Origin: an uncultured bacterium
GTDB taxonomy: Bacteria > Krumholzibacteriota > Krumholzibacteriia > LZORAL124-64-63
DNA length: 64,000 nt
Assembly: GCA_963727525.1 (NCBI GenBank)
Contig: CAVSGO010000007.1
Span: forward strand, 896,001-960,000
Reading direction: 5' to 3'
Part shown: one piece after another, positions 25,858-34,941 of the stretch
Position numbering within the stretch: position 1 is the stretch's first letter
Layout: the number at the start of each line of letters is the position of its first letter
Notes under the pieces: model-generated
What the model was told of the DNA's origin: nothing
Seen by the model: only the letters and a program-made list of their open reading frames with translations
The model's database searches: none
Position numbers and translations under genes: made by a program

Positions 25858-27228
25858 TCAGACGGCTTCGCCGAAAAACGCCGAGTTGCTCCATCCCGTC
25901 ACCCGGACGCGCCGCGACTGGCCCACGGCGCCATCGGGAAGATCCACGAGCACCTTGCGGTTGTTGGCGGTGCGCAGGCGCCAGACGCCGGCCGGGCGCC
26001 GCGCCGGCTCCTCGACCACGCCTTCCCAGATCTGTCCCACCTGGCGCGCGGCGATGGTACGCCACACCGTCTCCTGCGCCGCGAGCAGCTCGGCGAGCCG
26101 GCGCTTCTTCTCGTCCACCGTCACGTCATCGTCCAGCCTGGCCGCCGGAGCGCCGGGGCGCTCGCTATACTTGAAGCAGAACAGCGTGTCGAAGCCCACC
26201 TCCTGCACGAGTTCGAGGGTGGCCTGGAAGTCGGCTTCCGTCTCGCCCGGGAAGCCGACGATGATGTCGCCGCTGAAGGTGACGTCGGCAATGCGCGACC
26301 GGGCGTAGCGAACCATCTCGAGGTAGTCGTCACGACGATAGAGGCGCTTCATCCGCTTGAGCATGCGATCGCTGCCGCTCTGCGCCGGGACATGCAGCCA
26401 GGGGCACACGCGGGGCTCGGCCGCGATCACGTCCATGAGATGCGGATGCATGTCGCAGGGGTGGCCGGTGAGGAAGCGGATGCGTTCCACGCCGTCGATG
26501 CGCACCACCTGCCGCAACAGATCCGCGAAATCGAGGTCGCCGTGGCGGTAGGCGGTGACGTTCTGACCGAGCAGGGTGACCTCGCGGCCGCCGGCGGCGG
26601 TGATGCCGCGGATCTCGGCCAGGATCGCGTCCAGCGGCTTCTCGCGCTGCGGCCCGCGTGTGGTCGGCACGATGCAGTAGGTGCAGCGATAGTCGCAGCC
26701 CTTGTGGATGGTCACGAGATGGCTGTTGTTCGTGGGGTAGGCGGCAGGCGGCGCCACGTAGTGCACATCGTCGCGGTGGCCGGTGACCACCGCCGCAGCG
26801 CGGCCGCCCGCGCCGCCGAGCTGCGCCGCCAGGAGCTGCGGCAGCTCGTGGTAACCATCGACGCCCACGACGAGGTCGACCTTGCCGCGTCCGCTCGCGA
26901 GCGCGTCGCCCAGGCGCTCGGCCATACACCCGAGGATGCCCATGACGGCGGGTTCGCGGCCGGCGGCCTGGCGCTGGGCGCGCAGCTCGCCCACACGGCT
27001 GACGACCTTGTGCTCGGCATGCTCGCGCACGGAGCAGGTGTTCAGCAGGATGACGTCGGCCGCCAGCGGATCGGTCGCCGCCGCGTAGCCAGCGCGGCCG
27101 AGGATGCCCGTGACGGCGCTGCTGTCGTACACGTTCATCTGGCAGCCGTAAGTCTCGAGGTAGACGGTCGCCCCGCCGGCGACCGGCGCCGCCACTGTCT
27201 TCAACTCATTTATCGGCAAGCTATTCAC
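25858..27228 (-). CDS. miaB: tRNA methylthiotransferase MiaB
   Basis: TYGCQMNVYDS, NTCSVRE, GCDYRCTYC, TRAM-like C-terminus. Confidence 0.93.
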   Translation of the reverse strand: MNSLPINELKTVAAPVAGGATVYLETYGCQMNVYDSSAVTGILGRAGYAAATDPLAADVILLNTCSVREHAEHKVVSRVGELRAQRQAAGREPAVMGILGCMAERLGDALASGRGKVDLVVGVDGYHELPQLLAAQLGGAGGRAAAVVTGHRDDVHYVAPPAAYPTNNSHLVTIHKGCDYRCTYCIVPTTRGPQREKPLDAILAEIRGITAAGGREVTLLGQNVTAYRHGDLDFADLLRQVVRIDGVERIRFLTGHPCDMHPHLMDVIAAEPRVCPWLHVPAQSGSDRMLKRMKRLYRRDDYLEMVRYARSRIADVTFSGDIIVGFPGETEADFQATLELVQEVGFDTLFCFKYSERPGAPAARLDDDVTVDEKKRRLAELLAAQETVWRTIAARQVGQIWEGVVEEPARRPAGVWRLRTANNRKVLVDLPDGAVGQSRRVRVTGWSNSAFFGEAV

Positions 27229-28601
27229 GGATTAGTCTCCAGCAATGTCTCAAAACTGTCGGCAAAGAGGCGCCCTCCGCTCCATTTGCACGGCGTCACG
27301 CGCACCGGGGTGCCGGCCGCGGGTGCGTCCGCCGCCGGATCGGCGGCGACGAGGACGGGGACGTAATTGTCGGTGGTCGCCCGTCGGTGGCCCGGCCGGG
27401 CGGCACGCTCATTCTCCACGATCGCTTCGCGCGCCGTTCCCAGCAAGCTGCGCTGGAAGGCGACGGTGCGGCGCCGTGCTGCTTCGCGGAGTACGGCCGC
27501 GCGCTCGGTGACGATCTGGGGTGGCACCGGATCGGCCAGCCTGGCCGCCGGTGTGCCGGGCCGGGGCGAGAAGCGGAAGACATGGAGGTAGGTGAAGGGC
27601 AGGCTCTCCACGCACGCGAGCGTCTCGGCGAACTCGGCGTCGGTCTCCCCCGGGAAGCCGACGATGACGTCGGCGCCGAGCCCCAGATTTGCGATGGTGT
27701 CGGCCACGCTCGCGATCGCCTGCTGGGCCGCCGTCGCGCGGTACGGTCGGGCCATCCGCGCGAGCACCGTGTCGCTGCCGCTCTGCAACGAGATGTGCAG
27801 GTGCGGGCGCAGGCGCGATTCCTCCGCGAGCAGCCGCGCCAGCTCCGGCGTGAGTTCATCGGGGTGCAGGCTGCCCAGCCGCACGCGCAGCCGCGGAAAG
27901 GCCGCCAAGACGGCGCGCACCAGGTCCACGAGCCGTGGCGCGCCCGGGCCCAGGTCACGCCCGTAACTGCCGAGATGCACGCCCGTGAGGATCACCTCGT
28001 GGTAAGCGGCCCCGGCGTGCAGCGCGCCGACCTGGGCCAGCACGTCGTCGATGGGACGCGACCGCCCCGGGCCGCGCGCCTGCCAGATCAGGCAGTAGCT
28101 GCAGCGCAGGTCGCAGCCGTCCTGCACCTTCACGTAGGCCCGGCTGCGGCCCGTGAAGCCCGCGATGGAAGGCGCGGCGAAGCGTTCGCGGCGGGCGAAG
28201 GAGGCGACCACGAGGCGGGGTGCGTCGCCGGGCGCTGCGAGCACCAGTGGCAACCAGGTGGCCACGTCGTCGCGGGCCGTGTTGCCGATGACCGCGTCGA
28301 TCTCGCGCACGGTGGCCAGCGCCTGCGGCTGGGCCTGCGCGTAGCAGCCGGCCACCACCACGCGCGCCTGGGGATGTTCCCGTTTCACCCGGCGCGCGAG
28401 GCGGCGCGTCTCCTGGTCGGCGCGCGTGGTGACGGTGCAGCTGTTGAGCACGTAGACATCGGCCTCGTCGCCCCAGTTCACCACGGTGATGGGGCGCGCG
28501 GCGCGCATGGCGGCCTTCATGCCCTCGGTATCCACCTGGTTGAGGCGGCAACCCAAGGTATGGAAGGCGACACGCAGGGGACGGGGTTCAGCGTCGGTCA
28601 T
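27225..28601 (-). CDS. mtaB: t6A methylthiotransferase MtaB
   Basis: TLGCRLNQ, NSCTVT, KVQDGCDLRCSYC, LHVFRFSPRPGT. Confidence 0.9.
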   Translation of the reverse strand: MTDAEPRPLRVAFHTLGCRLNQVDTEGMKAAMRAARPITVVNWGDEADVYVLNSCTVTTRADQETRRLARRVKREHPQARVVVAGCYAQAQPQALATVREIDAVIGNTARDDVATWLPLVLAAPGDAPRLVVASFARRERFAAPSIAGFTGRSRAYVKVQDGCDLRCSYCLIWQARGPGRSRPIDDVLAQVGALHAGAAYHEVILTGVHLGSYGRDLGPGAPRLVDLVRAVLAAFPRLRVRLGSLHPDELTPELARLLAEESRLRPHLHISLQSGSDTVLARMARPYRATAAQQAIASVADTIANLGLGADVIVGFPGETDAEFAETLACVESLPFTYLHVFRFSPRPGTPAARLADPVPPQIVTERAAVLREAARRRTVAFQRSLLGTAREAIVENERAARPGHRRATTDNYVPVLVAADPAADAPAAGTPVRVTPCKWSGGRLFADSFETLLETNP

Positions 28602-28638
28602 GCCGGATCCTCGCGGCCAGCCATTTCTCGTGTCGCAG

Positions 28639-28687
28639 GACGAACGGGGTGGAGACGAACGGGGTGGAGGCGAACCCCCACCCCGTT
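28639..28687. repeat. 15-bp tandem duplication overlapping a hairpin downstream of rpsA
   Basis: GACGAACGGGGTGGA x2 then GGCGAAC, followed by CCCCACCCCGTT, complementary to either copy. Confidence 0.8.
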
Positions 28688-28712
28688 GTGGCATACGCCC
28701 ACGGTAGGCGCC

Positions 28713-30680
28713 CTATTCGGCGTCGTCCTCGGGCGGGGAGAAGGCCGCGGCCTCGGCCGCCAGCTCCTCGTCGCCCGGCAACGACTCGGACTTGCCCTCG
28801 GCAGCCTGATCGGCCGCCACGACATCCTCGAGCCGCGGATGGTCGGCGACGAACTTCTCGGTCGCATCGTCTTCGAGGTCCTTCAGCCGTTCGCTGATGG
28901 ACAGGACGATGCGCCGGTTCTCGACGTCCATCTTGATGACCTGCAGGGGCACCGCCTCGCCCTCGCGGAAGTAGTACTGCGGCTTCTCGAGCTTCGGCAC
29001 CGTCAGGCCCAGGTGACCCGTGGGTACGAAGCCCTCGAGATCGTCGCCCAGGTCCACGATGAGGCCGTGGTCGAGCATCCGCGTGACCGTCCCGTCGAGA
29101 GTGTGGCCCACGGGGAAATCTTCCGCCAGGTGGGGCCACGGGTTGTCGTGGAGCTGCTTGATGCCCAGGCTGATGCGCCGCTTCTGCGTGTCGATGTCCA
29201 GGATCTGGACCTCCACGCTGTCGCCCTTGCGCAGCACTTCCTTGGGATGGCGCACGCGCTTGGTCCAGCTCATATCCGAGATGTGCACCAGACCGTCGAT
29301 GCCTTCCTCCACCTCGACGAACGCGCCGAAATCGGTGAGGTTGCGCACCTTGCCCTCGATCTGCGTGCCCATCGGATAGCGCTCGGCGAGGGTGAGCCAC
29401 GGATCGGTCTCGGTCTGCTTGAGGCCGAGGCTGATCTTCTCGTTCTCCTTGTCGATCTTCAGCACCATGACGTTCACCTCGTCACCGATACTGACCACCT
29501 TCGAAGGATGCTTGATGTGGCGCGTCCAGCTCATCTCACTGATGTGGATGAGCCCCTCGACGCCCTTCTCGAGCTCGACGAAGGCGCCGTAGTTGGTGAT
29601 CGAGACGACCTTGCCGGTCACGACAGTGCCCTCGGGATACTTCGCCTCGACGTTCTCCCACGGGTACGACTGGAGCTGCTTCAGGCCCAGGCTGATGCGC
29701 TCGCGCTCCTGCTCGAAGTCGAGCACCTTCACATCGATCTCGTCACCGATCTGCACGACCTCGCTCGGGTGCTGCACGCGACCCCAGCTCAGGTCGGTGA
29801 TGTGCAGGAGACCGTCGATGCCGCCGAGGTCCACGAAGGCGCCGAAGTCGGTGATGTTCTTCACGACACCACGGCGTACCTGGCCCTTCTCCAGCTCGGC
29901 GATGAGCTTGCGCTTCTTCTCCTCGCGCTCCGCCTCGAGCACGATGCGGCGGCTCACCACGACGTTGCGACGCCGCTTGTTCTTCTTGATGATGCGGCAC
30001 TCGATCTCCTTGCCGATCAGGTCTTCCAGGTTGGGCACCTGGCGCAGCGCCACCTGCGACCCGGGCAGGAACGTGTCCACACCCCAGAGCTTGACCACGA
30101 GTCCGCCCTTGATCCGACGGTCGACGGTCCCGTTGACGACCTCGTTGTTCTCGTGAGCGGTCTTGATCTTGTCCCAGACCTTGAGGAAGTCGGCGCGCTC
30201 CTTGGAGAGCGCGACCAGGCCGTCCTGGTTCTCGAGCTTCTCGAGGAAGACGTCGTAGACGTCGCCGGGGTTGACCGGCTGGCCGCCGAACTCCTCGAGC
30301 GAGATGACGCCCTCGCTCTTGAAGCCGATGTCGAGCAGGACCTCGTTCTCGCGCACCTCGACTACGGTACCGGACAGGATCTGCCCCTCCGCGATCTCGG
30401 TGAGCGTCTCCTCGTACTGGTTGATGAGCGCCAGCATGTCGTTGTCCGAGATGTCGGTTTCCTCGACGTCCTCGTCGCGGAAATCGACGTTGATGATGCT
30501 GGCCTCGTCCAGGTCCCTCGTCAGCTTGGTCCCCGAACCGCGATCGACTCTCGCCGCGCCATGGGTACCGCCGCCGGACGGCCTGGGGTTGGTGTCCGCG
30601 TCCGACGCCTGGGGCATGGGCGTGGGGCGATTGCCCACGGCATCGGGCCCTTCTGCGCCGGGATTCAGGTTGGTGGTCAT
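28713..30680 (-). CDS. rpsA: 30S ribosomal protein S1
   Basis: Six S1 repeats (TDFGAFV, GLLHITDLSW, RISLGLKQ); strong RBS AAGGAGG. Confidence 0.98.
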   Translation of the reverse strand: MTTNLNPGAEGPDAVGNRPTPMPQASDADTNPRPSGGGTHGAARVDRGSGTKLTRDLDEASIINVDFRDEDVEETDISDNDMLALINQYEETLTEIAEGQILSGTVVEVRENEVLLDIGFKSEGVISLEEFGGQPVNPGDVYDVFLEKLENQDGLVALSKERADFLKVWDKIKTAHENNEVVNGTVDRRIKGGLVVKLWGVDTFLPGSQVALRQVPNLEDLIGKEIECRIIKKNKRRRNVVVSRRIVLEAEREEKKRKLIAELEKGQVRRGVVKNITDFGAFVDLGGIDGLLHITDLSWGRVQHPSEVVQIGDEIDVKVLDFEQERERISLGLKQLQSYPWENVEAKYPEGTVVTGKVVSITNYGAFVELEKGVEGLIHISEMSWTRHIKHPSKVVSIGDEVNVMVLKIDKENEKISLGLKQTETDPWLTLAERYPMGTQIEGKVRNLTDFGAFVEVEEGIDGLVHISDMSWTKRVRHPKEVLRKGDSVEVQILDIDTQKRRISLGIKQLHDNPWPHLAEDFPVGHTLDGTVTRMLDHGLIVDLGDDLEGFVPTGHLGLTVPKLEKPQYYFREGEAVPLQVIKMDVENRRIVLSISERLKDLEDDATEKFVADHPRLEDVVAADQAAEGKSESLPGDEELAAEAAAFSPPEDDAE

Positions 30681-30774
30681 GAACTCGTTCCTCCTTCGAC
30701 GTGAATGTGCCCGTCTCCATGGACGGGCAGGCCCGCGAATATAGCACCACCGGAGGATCGGTGGCAAGTGAGGG

Positions 30775-32283
30775 CTAGTCTGCGGAACGGGCTACGTTTC
30801 GGTCCGGGCGGGCGAATGGTCGCTTGCGCGCCTCGTCGCGGGCGATCTGACGGGCCTGCTCGCGGCGCTCGGTCTCGCTCAGGGGATGTTCGGCGAAGGA
30901 GCGGGCCTGCAACTCGCGCACGGCGGCCAGATACTGGGCCCCGATGCGGCGGCAGACGTCGCGCCGGCCGTATCGTGCGAGCAGGATTGGCAGAGCGTGC
31001 AGCCTCATGAGCGGGCCGTAACGCACCTCGAGGGGCGCGTCGGGATTGCCGCCCACACGCAACAAGCTCGTGCCGCGCAAGAAGATGGGTAGGATGTCGG
31101 CGTGAGTTTCCTGGGCCAGCAACCCGAGCCCGGCCAGGATCGGCCCCGGCTCACCGAGGGGTCGCCGGGTGCCCTCGGGGAACATGAGCAGGCAACCGCC
31201 GCTCGCGAGCGTGGCGCCCGCCGTCGCGAAGGCGCTCCGGTCGAACCCGGCACGCCGGACGGGAATCACCTCGAGCCACCGCAGGAGGGCGTCCAGCGGG
31301 GCGAACCGGAAGAGTTCGGCCTTGGCCATCGCGCGCACCGGGGCCCGCCGGAACGTACTGCCCAGGAGCGGCGGGTCCCACTGGGTGACATGGTTGCTCG
31401 CCAGGAGCACGCCGGGCGGGGGCACGCGCCCATTCAGCCCGACCACGCGCAAACTGTAGGTGCGGGCGAAGACACTGGCGGTGCTGTAGGCAAGACGATA
31501 CTTGCCCGGCAGGGCGTGCCAGCAGGCGGCCGGATCGGTGAGCGGCACGAGTTGCGCGTCGAGATAGGGATTCACGAGGCAGGCCAGGGCCGCGCGGCGG
31601 TGCTGCTCCTCCTGGGACCAGTCGCTCGTGTCGAGCACGAGAGCGTCGGGCGCGATGGTGAGGGGGCTCTCGCTACGCTCGCTGTCCAGACGATCGCGGG
31701 CAGCAAGGTCGGCTTCCACCTGGGCACGGTCGGCCGTCTGGCCCCGCTGCTGGAACTGGCGGAAGCGCCGGTCGGCGCGCGCGGCGAGGCTGGCGTCGAG
31801 ATAGATCTTCGCCGTGGCCAGCGGGAAGACCACGCTGCCGATATCGCGGCCCTCCATGACCACGCCGCCGCGCCGGCCGAGCGCGCGCTGACGCTCCACC
31901 ATCTGCTGGCGCACCGTTGGATGCGCGCTCACCGCCGAGACCTGCGCATCCACCTCGGGCGCGCGGATGGCCTGCGACACGTCTCGCCCGCCCCAGATGA
32001 CGAGCGACTCCTTGCGGCCCGTCTTGAGCGTGAGATCCGCATGCTGCAAGAGGTCGGCAAGGCGCGTCTCGTCGTCGGCCGCGATGCCGTGATCGAGGGC
32101 CGCTCGCGTGAGGGCGCGGTACATGGCGCCCGTGTCGACATAGCTGAGTCCGTGATGCTGCGCGACATGCTGCGCCGTGGTCGACTTGCCCGACCCCGCC
32201 GGACCGTCGATCGCCACTACGGCATCCGCCGGCAGGCGGACGCCGCTGGTGGCGACGCGCTCGAACGAGGGCAGGCGGCGCAC
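30775..32283 (-). CDS. cmk: Cytidylate kinase fused to a PlsC-type lysophospholipid acyltransferase
   Basis: N-half AIDGPAGSGKST, DTGAMYR, EGRDIG; C-half SNHVTQWD and FPEGTR in the same frame. Confidence 0.9.
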   Translation of the reverse strand: MRRLPSFERVATSGVRLPADAVVAIDGPAGSGKSTTAQHVAQHHGLSYVDTGAMYRALTRAALDHGIAADDETRLADLLQHADLTLKTGRKESLVIWGGRDVSQAIRAPEVDAQVSAVSAHPTVRQQMVERQRALGRRGGVVMEGRDIGSVVFPLATAKIYLDASLAARADRRFRQFQQRGQTADRAQVEADLAARDRLDSERSESPLTIAPDALVLDTSDWSQEEQHRRAALACLVNPYLDAQLVPLTDPAACWHALPGKYRLAYSTASVFARTYSLRVVGLNGRVPPPGVLLASNHVTQWDPPLLGSTFRRAPVRAMAKAELFRFAPLDALLRWLEVIPVRRAGFDRSAFATAGATLASGGCLLMFPEGTRRPLGEPGPILAGLGLLAQETHADILPIFLRGTSLLRVGGNPDAPLEVRYGPLMRLHALPILLARYGRRDVCRRIGAQYLAAVRELQARSFAEHPLSETERREQARQIARDEARKRPFARPDRNVARSAD

Positions 32284-32287
32284 CTCC

Positions 32288-33394
32288 CTACACCAGGATG
32301 CCGGCGAGGGCGTCGAGACAACGCCGGTTCTCGGCTGGCAGGCCGATGCTGATCCGCACCGCGCCCTCGCCATCGCCGAGCCCGAATGCGTCCATGGGAC
32401 GCACGATCACGCCCTGGCGCAGCAGACCGTCGGCCAGCGCCTTGCCGCTGCCTGGGCAGCGGCAGAACAGGAAGTTCGTCTGGCTCGGCGTGACGGTCAG
32501 TCCCAGACGCGCGAGCTCCTCAGCCATCCACTCGAGCTGTTCGCGGTTGCGTTGCACCCGCCCGGCGACCTCGTCCCAGGCGTCGAGGCACGCGATGGCG
32601 GCGGCCTGTGCGAGCATGTTCACGTTGAACGGCGCGCGCGTCTTGTGCAGCTCGGCCACGAGGGCGGGGTCGGCCACACCGTAGCCCACGCGTAGACCGG
32701 CGAGGCTGTGGATCTTGCTGAAGGTACGGAGCACGACCAGGTTCGGATACTGCGCCTGCAGCGGCAGGGTCTGCGGGTAATCGGATGCCACGACGTACTC
32801 GTAATATGCCTCGTCGACGGCCACCACCACGTCGGGCGGCACGTCGGCCATGAACGCCGCAAACTCGTCGGCGGTGACGTGAGTGCCGGTGGGGTTGTTC
32901 GGATTGCAGACGATGACGAGCTTGGTCTTCCCATCGATCGCGCGCGCCATCGCAGGGAGATCGTGGCGCAGCTCGGCTGTGAGCGGCACGCCGCGCCCGA
33001 CCTCGAAGTGGACCTTCGAGGTGAGCGGGTAGACGATGAAGCTGTGCTCGCTGTAGACGACGTTCTCGCCCGGCGACGTGAGCGCGCGGATGAGCAGGTC
33101 GATGACCTCGTTACTGCCGTTGCCGAAGATGAGGCTTTCCGGTGCGACGTCGAGGTGTCGCGCGAGACGTTTGCCGAGGGCGAAGCACGTTGCATCCGGG
33201 TAGCGGTTCAGGTCGCACGCCGCGGCTTGCACGGCCGCGAGCACTTGCGGCAGCGGTCCCTCGGGATTCTCGTTGCTGGCGAGCTTGACGACGTCGGCAA
33301 GTCCGAGTTCCCGCTTCACTTCCTCGATGGGTTTACCTGGGGAGTAGGGTCGCGATGTGCGGATACCGGAGCGTAGCGTGCGATTGAGATCCAT
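32288..33394 (-). CDS. hisC: Histidinol-phosphate aminotransferase
   Basis: KLASNENP, GNGSNE, CNPNNPTG, DEAY, RTFSK..LAGLRVGY. Confidence 0.93.
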   Translation of the reverse strand: MDLNRTLRSGIRTSRPYSPGKPIEEVKRELGLADVVKLASNENPEGPLPQVLAAVQAAACDLNRYPDATCFALGKRLARHLDVAPESLIFGNGSNEVIDLLIRALTSPGENVVYSEHSFIVYPLTSKVHFEVGRGVPLTAELRHDLPAMARAIDGKTKLVIVCNPNNPTGTHVTADEFAAFMADVPPDVVVAVDEAYYEYVVASDYPQTLPLQAQYPNLVVLRTFSKIHSLAGLRVGYGVADPALVAELHKTRAPFNVNMLAQAAAIACLDAWDEVAGRVQRNREQLEWMAEELARLGLTVTPSQTNFLFCRCPGSGKALADGLLRQGVIVRPMDAFGLGDGEGAVRISIGLPAENRRCLDALAGILV

Positions 33395-33425
33395 CGTCCA
33401 CACCTCTCGTTCGGCGACTCGTCGT

Positions 33426-34205
33426 TCAGGCCGTGGGCGGCCGGCCGGCCGCGCGGCGCAGCGCATCCTCCTCGCGGCGATCAAGCCGTCGGAAACCGCC
33501 CTCGCGCAGACGGCCCAGTTCCACCGGACCGATCGCGGTGCGCGTGAGGCCGATCACCTTGGCGTTCACCGCGGCCATCATGCGACGGATCTGACGCTTG
33601 CGACCCTCGTGCAGTTCGATCACCCAGTGCCGGCGATCGCCTTCGGAGTCGGGAATCAGGTGGCACGTGCGCACTGGTCGTCCGTCGAGGACGATCACCC
33701 CGCCGGTGAGGGTACGCTCGGCGCCCATCACCAGCTGTCGGGCGAGGACGATGTCGTAACATTTCCAGACCCCGCTGCTCGGTCGCATCAACGCCTGGCC
33801 CAGATCACCGTCGTCGGTCCAAAGGAGCAACCCGGCGCTGTCGGCGTCAAGGCGACCAACCGGCTTGAAACGGTCGGGAATATCCGCGCGCAGGGCGTAG
33901 GGGGCGAGACCCTTCTGGCCTCCCTGGGTGCGCAGCGTACTGACGATGCCGATGGGCTTGTGGAAGGCGTACACGCGAAAGCCTTGCGGCAGCGCCGTGG
34001 GCATGCCGTCGACGGCGACCACGTCGCGACGCGGATCGATGCGGATGGCAAGGTCGCGCACCACAGTGCCGTTCACGCTCACGCGCCCCGCCGCGACCAG
34101 CGCCTCCACGCTGCGCCGCGATCCATGGCCGGCACGCGCCAGATACCGGTTCAGACGCAGCGCGTCGCCAGCGTCCTCACTCCTCGCGGCGGGTGTCTTC
34201 GGCAT
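33426..34205 (-). CDS. rRNA pseudouridine synthase (RluB/RsuA family)
   Basis: S4 domain RLNRYLA..SRR, GRLDADSAGLL, EGRKRQIRRM. Confidence 0.9.
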   Translation of the reverse strand: MPKTPAARSEDAGDALRLNRYLARAGHGSRRSVEALVAAGRVSVNGTVVRDLAIRIDPRRDVVAVDGMPTALPQGFRVYAFHKPIGIVSTLRTQGGQKGLAPYALRADIPDRFKPVGRLDADSAGLLLWTDDGDLGQALMRPSSGVWKCYDIVLARQLVMGAERTLTGGVIVLDGRPVRTCHLIPDSEGDRRHWVIELHEGRKRQIRRMMAAVNAKVIGLTRTAIGPVELGRLREGGFRRLDRREEDALRRAAGRPPTA

Positions 34206-34941
34206 CGTCTTCCTCGGTGACGTCGTCGTCGGTCTCGTCTTGGTCGGTCTCGTCTTGGTCGGTCTCGTCTTGGTCGGTCTCGTCTTCGTCGGGACTGGTC
34301 CCCCCGTCCACGCCGCCTCCGTCTACCGCGGACGGAGCTTCTCCCCCCGGATCCCGCAGCTCATCGAAGTCCTCGTCGGTGAGTTCGGTGCCGAACTGGC
34401 TCGCGAAGGCCTTCAGCTCGTCGCGGTCCTCGATGATACTCTCGAGGTCCGGCAGCGCGGGAAGCTGACCAAGGCCCGGCAGGCCGAGATGGTTGAGGAA
34501 CTCGCGCGTGGTGCCGTAGAGCAACGGGTGGCCCACCGACTCGGAGCGGCCGACGACCGTGATCAGGTTGCGCTCCTGCAAAGTGGTGATGGCGCCACTG
34601 CTGTTGACGCCGCGGACCTCCTCCACCTCCAGGCGGGTGAGCGGCTGGCGGTAGGCGATGATCGCCAGCACCTCGAGGCCGGCCCGCGAGAGGCGCGTGA
34701 AGCGGCGGGTCCGGAAGAGCCCCTCCACCAGGGGCGCGTACTCGGGTCGCGTGGCGATCTGCCAGCCCCCGCCGAATTCGACGACGGTGAAGGCGTGCGA
34801 CGCGGCGTCGTATTCGTCGACCAGTTCCTTGAGGACGCCCTTGAGATCGGTGGCGCTGGTGTCGGGGAAGATCTTCTTCAGGCGCGCCACCGTGAGCGGG
34901 CTATCGGTGGCGAAGAGCAAGGCCTCGATCTCCCGCTTCAA
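34177..34941 (-). CDS. scpB: SMC-Scp complex subunit ScpB
   Basis: EALLFA, LSRAGLEVLAIIAYRQP, RGV, LYGTTREFL. Confidence 0.95.
   Translation of the reverse strand: MKREIEALLFATDSPLTVARLKKIFPDTSATDLKGVLKELVDEYDAASHAFTVVEFGGGWQIATRPEYAPLVEGLFRTRRFTRLSRAGLEVLAIIAYRQPLTRLEVEEVRGVNSSGAITTLQERNLITVVGRSESVGHPLLYGTTREFLNHLGLPGLGQLPALPDLESIIEDRDELKAFASQFGTELTDEDFDELRDPGGEAPSAVDGGGVDGGTSPDEDETDQDETDQDETDQDETDDDVTEEDDAEDTRREE
34231..34290. repeat. 15-bp tandem repeat encoding an acidic (DQDET)n tail of ScpB
   Basis: GGTCTCGTCTTGGTC x3 plus one near-perfect copy. Confidence 0.9.

Noticed and set aside
28639-28687. Possible mini-CRISPR
   Set aside because: Only two adjacent 15-bp copies, no spacers and no cas genes.
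27387-30704. Very long antisense and alternate-frame ORFs (e.g. 1105 aa opposite rpsA, 843 aa opposite secA)
   Set aside because: Shadow ORFs expected in high-GC DNA; they overlap clearly identified genes on the other strand and show no motifs.
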